Of a stretch of 64,000 nt of DNA, positions 55,665 through 64,000 are shown one piece after another. Numbering within the stretch: the first letter of the stretch is position 1; every line of letters begins with the position of its first letter. The notes below the pieces were generated by a model. The model saw only the letters and a list, made by a program, of their open reading frames with translations, was not told the DNA's origin and did not search any database. Source of the stretch: the human T2T-CHM13v2.0 reference genome, Homo sapiens; NCBI RefSeq assembly GCF_009914755.1, contig NC_060938.1; one strand, written 5' to 3'. The position numbers and the translations under genes were made by a program.

Positions 55665-56725
55665 TCTTGCTACTGCTCACTCTTTGGGTCCACACTGCCT
55701 TTATGAGCTGTAACACTGGCTGCGAAGGTCTGCAGCTTCACTCCTGAAGCCAGTGAAACCATGAACCCACTGGGAGGAATGAACAACTCCAGACACGCCA
55801 TCTTAAGAGATGTACCACTCACCATGAAGGTCTGCAGCTTCACTCCTGAGCCAGCGAGACCACGAACCCACCAGAAGGAACAAACTCCGGACACATCTGA
55901 ACATCAGAAGGAACAAACTCCTGACACGCTGCCTTTAAGAACTGTAACACTCACCGCAAGGGTCCGCGGCTTCATTCTTGAAGTCAGTGAGACCGAGAAC
56001 CCACCAATTCCGGACACAATTACAGGGTACATATCCAAAAGAAAATACACCATTCCACCAAAAAGACACATGTACTCCTACATTCATTGCAGCACTATTT
56101 ACAATACTGAATGTAATGCAAAGACATGGAATCAACCTAGGTTCCCATCAACAGTAGATTAGATAAAGAAAATGTGGTATATATACACTATGGAACACTA
56201 TGTAGCCATTAAAAAGAATGAAATCGTCCTTTACAGCAACATGAATGCATCTGGAGGCCATTATCCTCAGTGAATTAATGCAAGAACAGAAGTCAAGTAC
56301 CACATGTTCTCAATTATAGGTGAGAGCTAAACATTGGGTTCTCATAGACATAAAGATGGCAATAATCCACAATGTGGACTACTAGAGTGGGGAGAGAGGG
56401 AAGGGGGCAAGGGTTGAAAAATTAACTATTGGGTACTATGCTCACTATCTGGGTGATGGAATCATTCATATCCCAAACCTCAACATCACACAATATACCC
56501 ATATAACAAGCCTGAAAATGTACCCCTGAATCTAAAACAAAAGTTGAATTATTTTTTAAAAGGTTGATGGAAACACATACTATGAAAAAACTTCACATGG
56601 AGTTTGAATTTTTTTGCACCAAAATAAACTTATACCAACTTGTTATAACATGTATGAACAGGAGCTAGTTTGGGGCACTAAGAAGGATAAGACATCAGTT
56701 TGAACAGAGTTCTTATCAGAGCAAC

Positions 56726-58013
56726 ATGAATTCTGCTAAAATTAAAGCAAGAAAAGACATCAAATTTATGGTGAAGTTTGTGTGGAAAATAAGTGAAATC
56801 ACTGATGCTTTATAAAAACTTTATGGGGATAATGCCCCTAAAGAAATCAGCAGTTTACAAATGGATAATTCATTTTAAAATGGGATGAGACCATGTTGAA
56901 GATAAAGCCCACAGTCACAGACCATCCATATCAATTTGTGAGAAAAGAATTAATCTTGTTCATGTCTTTTTTTTTTTTTTTTGAAACAAGTTCTCGCTCT
57001 GTCACCCAGGCTAAAGTGCAATGGTGTTATCCTACTCACTGCATCCTCAGTCTCCCAGGCTCAAGCAATCCTGCCACTTTAGCCTCCTGAGTAGCTGGGA
57101 CTCCTGGCTGATTTTTGTTTGTTGGTTGGTTTAAGTAGAGATTAGATCTCCCTATGTTGCCCAGGCTCTTGTTTGTGTCTTAATTGAAGAGGACTGATGA
57201 TGAAAAGCAGAAACGATAGCCTATGCTATAAACATTTCAACTGGTCCAGCTTATATAATTCTGACTAAAAAATTAAAGTTGAGCAAATTTTCTACTCGAT
57301 TGGTGCCAAAACACCCAGATCAGCTTCAGACAATAGCAGAACTTTCAAAGGACATTTTAAATAAGTGAGATCAAGACCCTGAAGCATTTCTTGGAAGAAC
57401 TGTAATGGTAGATGAAACATGGCTTTACCAGTACAATCCTGGAGACAAAACATAATCTAAGCAATGGCTACAAAGAGGTAGAAGTGATCCAGCCAAAGCA
57501 GAAACAAACAAGCCAAGAGCAAAGGTTATGGCAACAATTTTTAAGGTTGCTTAAGGTATTTTGTTGTTGACTTTCTGGAGGGCCAATGAATGATAATATC
57601 TGCTTAGTATAAGAATGTTATAGAAAGTTAGCCAATAGTATAAGAATGTTATAGAAAGTTAGCCAAAGCTTTAGCAGAAAAACAGCCAAGAAATCTTCAC
57701 CAGAGAGTTCTTCTCCACCATGACAATATTCCTGCTCATCCTTCTCATCAAGCAGGGTAATTTTGGAAGAGTTTTGATGGGAAATCACTAGGCATTCACC
57801 TTATAGTCTTGATTTGACTCTTTCTAATGTCTTTTTGTTTCATAATCCTAAAAAGTCTTAAATGGAATGCATTTTCCTTCAGTTAATAATGTAAAAAGAC
57901 TGCATTGACGTGGTTAAATTCCTAGGACTCAGTTCTTTAGGGATGCTCTAAATGGCTGGTATCGTCACTTACAAAAGTATCTTGAACTTAATATAGCATA
58001 TGTTGAGAAATAC
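56726..58013 (+). pseudogene. Hsmar2 transposase pseudogene
   Basis: MNSAKIKARKDIKFMVK start, VPK, DETWLYQY, LLHHDN, HSPYSLDL and AYVEK end. Disrupted by stops, frameshifts, an Alu and a 31-bp duplication. Confidence 0.9.
56967..57166 (-). mobile_element. AluJ-like fragment inside Hsmar2
   Basis: Poly(T), CTCTGTCACCCAGGCT..GGCTCAAGCAATCC..CTATGTTGCCCAGGCT. TSD TCTTGTTCATGTCT/TCTTGTTTGTGTCT. Confidence 0.88.
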
Positions 58014-58959
58014 AGTTTATAATTTTTACTTTTATCTTTTAATTCTATTTTTCCATGAACTTTTTGAAATCTCTGCATATATATATTTTTTACAAAATTG
58101 GGATCCTACTGAAAATAGTTTTGCAAACTTAACCTTTTTTAAACTTAACAACATGTTATAAACTTTTTTATATCATTAAATATTCTACTAATTACTTTAG
58201 TAACTACATTTTATTTAGCCATTTTTTCCCCTCTACATTTTATTCCCTCAATTTGAAATTACAAGTGGTTTAATTTTTTCATTATTATAAATGTTGCTTT
58301 GATAAACATACAACTTGATAAATCTAAAACTGTTTTCTTGGGAAATATTTCTAGAAGCGAATTGTTATGTTAAATTATACCTTTTTTATGTTTTGATTCA
58401 TATTGCCAGATTACCTTCTAGGAGGAACTTTTTAAAATGTTCTATGTTTTATTGAATTGACTGTGCCACTAGCTAGATTAGCAAAAAAAAATCATAGTCA
58501 CCTAGAATCTTTCCATGGTTCATTCAATGGAGTTTTATGATCCTGGCCTCCATTATACCAAAGAGGCATCAGTTAGAGCTCCACCATCACTGCCTATAGC
58601 TACAGAGGTCACAATGAAGGAAAGTCTGTGCAAACATCTGTAACATCACCCACAACTTCCTTGAGGGGTCATTTAATTAACATCATCTCTTTGTGACTGG
58701 GCGGCAGTAAAAAAGAAAATAAAAGTGCCTACATTTTTTCAAAATGTTCAGAAATTAGGATTTCATATTTCAGGGAATTTTATACTAATAAGTCACAATA
58801 TACAATTTATAGTCATAGTAATTCCTAAATGAGTTTCAAAATAACTATTTTATGCAGTTTTTAGCAAAGATTCGTCTTCCTTGTGATTAAAGGATGAGGC
58901 CACATAGTACTGTACTATAGTTAAAGGCAAAGTTAAGTTCAGCAATTGGCTTCATTGCA

Positions 58960-59150
58960 TTTGAATCACTTTTTCATTACTTGCTGGTTCTGTAGTCCTG
59001 AGCAAATTATTTAACCTCTCTAAACCTCAATTTCTTCACATGTGAAATGTGAGTATTATTTTTTCTGCAGTTAGTCTAAGGAAGCATTAAATAAGAGGAT
59101 CTGTGTAAAATACTTAGCGCCATGCCTCGCACACAGTGAGCATTCAATAT
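58960..59150 (+). mobile_element. MIR
   Basis: CCTGAGCAAATTATTTAACCTCTCTAAACCTCAATTTCTTCA..TGTGAAATG..ACACAGTGAGCATTCAATA. Confidence 0.75.
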
Positions 59151-59414
59151 GTCTTGATCGTTGTTATTGTTAAGCAAAAATTGCCTTTGGCTCTTTGAAA
59201 CTTATTGCCCTTCATTCTTCATTTGCCTAATAAAATAATATACATTCTGTGCAGCCTGTGCAGAAGTAAGGTCTCTTTCAGCTCTGTGATGCTAAAAGAA
59301 CTTTGGTGAGCTTCAGAAGCCAGCTAGTAAGAGTGCAGAGTGTTGATTAGTTAGTCATACAAAATCCTCTTGGGATCCTCTGGAGCCACAACCTCTGTGT
59401 TTCCAATGAAACAA

Positions 59415-59448
59415 CACTGACATCTAGTGATAACAAAGATGAACTACA
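59415..59448 (-). promoter_or_regulatory. Possible CTCF site with upstream motif
   Basis: Minus strand reads TGTAGTTC-ATCTTTGTTA-TCACTAGATGTCAGTG; the core differs from CCACTAGATGGCAGTG at two positions. Confidence 0.35.
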
Positions 59449-59943
59449 TATTTTGGTCAGTATAAAAGCCTGTATTCTTGGCCCAATGAGTTATCCTATG
59501 GTTTTTAGGGAAAATGAGTTAAATCCTAGGTAGATTTATGCATATATTTTTAAGTTGGCTATATCTAATCCTTTGGTTGCTTGAACAACTGATGTCCATA
59601 TTATCATATGTATCATATCAACCTTCACTTTTAATTGATTTATGTACCTTAAAAATGTGAAAAAGAGAAATGTGGTTGGAGAGAAATATTGAAGTATGTT
59701 CATTTCACTTTCAAGACAAGACTAAAAGTCTAGGAAAGTAATGCAAATTATTGCAACATGATATAGCAGGCATAAAATACATTAACGGGCCTTGAATATT
59801 ATATATTAATTTCTGAACTTCATTTTACACAATTCTATAATGAAGATCACAGAATTGAAATGATCGTGTTAGATAAAATGTAACCAGTCAAGAGTTTTTC
59901 TGTTTTGCGTGTTTTTTATAACAAAAAGGAGTTGAAAAATTAA

Positions 59944-60316
<373 letters not shown>

Positions 60317-60766
60317 TAAATAGTCACAGAAAATCCACAATTATCAGTCTATATTTACTGAAGCTGTGCTAGTACTGGTTTGCCATATGTTCAATGATTA
60401 AACCCTTTCAAGGAAACCTGAAGATTCAAATCAGCTGCATGACTTCAGAAGTAAATGCTAATAGCAGCAACTACATCATGAGAACAACATTGAGAGAGAT
60501 CCCCTGAGTCAGCTGAACCATCTGTTTATCATCATCATTATTAATAGCATCTAACATTTGCAGAACATTTATTATGTATCACACTCTGCTAGGCTCTTCT
60601 AATTCTTAATTGTTCATTTATTCAACAAACAGACTGTCTGCAGTACTGCCAGATCATGTAATAACAATGGTGGTTCATGCCAGACAAAATCTCTATCCTT
60701 GTTGAGATTATAAGCTACTGGAGAAGACAGTAATAATTACAAAACGGAATAAAAACTATAAGCGTA

Positions 60767-61161
60767 TGTTATGGACTGAATTGTATTCTCCCACTCCACT
60801 GCAAAAAAAAAAAAATTATATGTTGGAGCCTCCAGTATCTCAGAATGCAACTGTATTTGGGGATACAACGTTTAGAGAGGTAATTAAGTTAACGGAGGCC
60901 ATTAGGATGGGCCCTAATACAATCTGACTATTGTCCTTATAAAAAGAGGAAATGTGGACAAAGAAACACCAGGGATGCATGCACACAAAGAAAAGATCAT
61001 GCGAAGATGTAGCAAGAAGGCAGAGAGGCCTTAGGAAAAAGCAAACCTGCCGACACCTTGACCTTGGACTTCCAGCTTCTGAATTTTGAGAAGTAAATTT
61101 CAGATGCTTAAGCCACCTAGTCTGTGGTATTTTGTTATGGCAGACATAGCAAACTAATACA
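60767..61161 (+). mobile_element. MLT1B LTR
   Basis: TGTTATGGACTGAATTGT..GGGCCCTAAT..GTCCTTATAAAAAGAGG..CCTGCCGACACCTTGACCTTGGACTTCCAGC..AAACTAATACA. Confidence 0.88.
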
Positions 61162-61710
61162 CTGTGATAAAATGACAAAAGATGGTTCACAGAACTAGGA
61201 GCGCATATAAAAGAGCATTAGGCCTAATGAAAGCATTAAAGAAGAATGAACTCTGAAGAATGAGTAGAAGATAAGTCAGAAAGGGACAAGCAGTGTGTTT
61301 CAGGCTGAAGGGAGAGTTTATGCAGAGCCCTGTAGGAGGAGGAAACAGGGCGTATTTCCAGGAACTGAAGGAAAATCGATATGGCTGGAACACAGACTGT
61401 GAGGGGGAGCATGGTATGAAACAAAGCTGGAGGAGGAAGCAGACATGAAATCATGCAGATACTTGCAGACCAAGAGTTAAATATTTAGGTCTTTATCCTG
61501 AGAAAATTGGACGTCATTGGTGTGTTTTAAGCAGGAAATAATATATTTGAATTTTAAGAGCGTTTCAGCTGAAGTAGGGAGAACAGATTGGAGGGCAGCA
61601 AGAAAGTAAATGGGAGACCAGTTAGGAAGCTATTTCAGTTGTCTAGGGTAGAAAAGTGATATCCTAAACGAGGGTGATAGCAGTGAAGATGGAAAGATGC
61701 AGATATTTAA

Positions 61711-62387
61711 GAGTTTGACTTTTATAGTTTCCTCATACAAATGGAATCATGCAGCACTTGTCCTTCTGTGAGAGGATTATTTTGCTTGGCATAATATCCT
61801 CCAGGTTCATCTATGTTGTCATAAATTATAGAATTTCCTTTTTTAAGGATGAATAATATTCTATTACATATATATATATATACCACATTTCCTTTAACCA
61901 TTCATCTATCAATAGCAGTTGGCCATATCTTGGCTATTGTGAATAATACTTCAAGGCACATGGGAGTGCAGATATCCCTTTGAGATACTGATTTCAATTC
62001 TTTTAAATATATTCCATAATACAATAGTGGATATCATGAGCTGGAGGGGTGGGTAAAATGAGGCACTGTTGTTCAATGGGGATAAAGTTTCAGTTTCGCT
62101 AGATGAATAAATTCTAGATATCTACTGTGCAACATAGTGCCTATAGTTAACAATAAGGTATCGTGCATGTCAAAATTTGTTAATAGGGTGGACCTTGTGT
62201 TATGTGCTCCTACCACACACACACACACACAAAGGAGCACAAGAAAAGTTTGGGAGGTGTTAGATATATCTAATACCTTGATTGTAGTGATGGTATCACA
62301 GATGTTTGCATATGTCCAAACTCATCAAATTGTATACATTAAACATGTGTAGTTGTCAATTATACTTCAATAAAGTTGTTTTTAAAA
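61711..62387 (+). mobile_element. L1MB-like 3' end with an inverted 5' segment
   Basis: 61711 to about 62016 is antisense L1; about 62017-62387 is the sense 3' end (..TGTCAATTATACTTCAATAAAG). Degenerate TSD AGATATTTAAGAG/AGAGACTTAAGAG. Confidence 0.82.
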
Positions 62388-62496
62388 GAGAGACTTAAGA
62401 GATAAGGGTACAGAGACATGGCAATTGTTTGGTTATGTGGAGTGACAAAGAAAGTTCTTTCCAGATTTCTGCCTTGTAAAATGGATAAAAGTGCTA

Positions 62497-63153
<657 letters not shown>

Positions 63154-63681
63154 TTAGCTCTATTTTGAATTCTTTTACTCTGATGTTGAGTCTGAATTTG
63201 CCTTTTAAGACCTTTAAGAAGAAATGTCAACAAGTTCATTAGACAAGTGTGAAGCCCAGATAAAAGACCTGGGCTACAGGTAAATTTGGGGTCATTCTCA
63301 CATCAGTGGAAAATGAAGCCAAGGATATAAGTGAGAAGATCTAGGGGATAAATGCAAAGTGAGAAGAGGACAGCCGAGGACTAAGTCTTAGAAACTCCAA
63401 AGACAAAGGAATGAACAGAGAGGCAGGATGAAACGTAGGGGCGTGCAGTGTCACAGAGTCTGGGAAAGGGGGGAATTACCACCAAATTAGAATGCTGCTG
63501 AGACATTAGGATCAAGTTAGGAATACGTGAGAGTTGTTTCAAGATTGAGCTGAGAAGTCAATGGAAGGTGAGAAAATGGAAGCAGTGGAAATAGATATTT
63601 ATTTTGAGATAGTTCTCTAGGAGACAAATACCTGTGAGGTTGACAAAAAGTTTGGGATGTAGATTTGGGGATTTTGTGGGT

Positions 63682-64000
63682 ATTATAGACTGAATATTTG
63701 CATATCCCTAAAATTTATAAAAAGTCCTAACCCCCAATTTGATGGTATTAGGAGATTGTATTGGCAGATTGTATTGGCAGTTTTCCAATGAGAAATATCC
63801 CCCTGAGAATCCCCTGATGCCTGGGAAGTAATTCGGTTTGGAGAAGGTCAATGAGGGTGGAGACCGCATGATAGGATTTGTTCTCTTATAGGAAGAGGAA
63901 CAGACAGCGCTTCCTCTCTACCATGTGAGGATACAGTGAGGAAGCCATATGCAAACCAGAAAGAGGGCCTTCATCCAGAACCAAATATGCAGATACCTTG
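63682..64000 (+). mobile_element. MLT1A-like LTR running off the window end
   Basis: TATTATAGACTGAATATTTG..CCTAACCCCCAATTTGATGGTATTAGGAG..CCATGTGAGGATACAG..GCAAACCAGAAAGAGGGCC. Confidence 0.75.

Larger units (their letters stand above)
54352..56018 (+). mobile_element. LTR12C (HERV9) solo LTR, complete
   Basis: TGAGAGGTGACAGCATGCTGGC start and AACCCACCAATTCCGGACACA end. 4-bp TSD ATTA/ATTA. U3 repeats CACCAATCAGCACTCTGT.TCTAGCT and U5 repeats GAAGGTCTGCAGCTTCACTCCTGA. Confidence 0.97.
54318..56560 (+). mobile_element. L1PA16/17-like 3' fragment split by LTR12C
   Basis: AAAGCAGAACTACC..CCCATTA resumes at 56019 as ..CCAAAAAGACACATG..GCAAAGACATGGAATCAACCTAGG..TACCCCTGAATCTAAAA. Confidence 0.85.
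56557..58076 (+). mobile_element. Hsmar2 mariner transposon, near full length, inactive
   Basis: Right TIR TTCCATGAACTTTTTGAA and partial left TIR AAAAGGTTGATGGAAA, enclosing a transposase remnant. Confidence 0.93.

Noticed and set aside
56726-58013. Domesticated transposase (SETMAR-like)
   Set aside because: SETMAR derives from Hsmar1. This is Hsmar2 with many disabling lesions.

Overview
AT-rich primate DNA, most likely human or another hominoid, judged from AluY, LTR12C, THE1 and L1PA7 copies. It is a mosaic of decayed interspersed repeats (L1, Alu, MIR, L2, MaLR/ERV LTRs, Tigger3, MER1, MER94, a near-full-length Hsmar2 mariner) separated by unique AT-rich tracts. I see no credible intact protein-coding gene, RNA gene or CRISPR array; the recognisable ORF-track entries come from repeats or low-complexity DNA. 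I cannot name the locus. Repeat orientation bias and several well-formed minus-strand exon candidates suggest the window lies within a minus-strand transcription unit. The best candidate for something undescribed is a solo LTR12C (54352-56018) with a locus-specific C-rich/CpG-rich expansion of about 160 bp. It may act as a bidirectional promoter splicing into a minus-strand exon at 53875-53957, but this is an untested hypothesis. Also notable: a cluster of locally templated inverted duplications in the first 9 kb, an L1 whose deletion joins ORF1 in frame to ORF2, two twin-primed L1 inversions, a perfect 31-bp duplication in Hsmar2, a possible CTCF site and a 307-nt pure purine tract. Subfamily names are from recalled consensus sequences; boundaries of old repeats are approximate.
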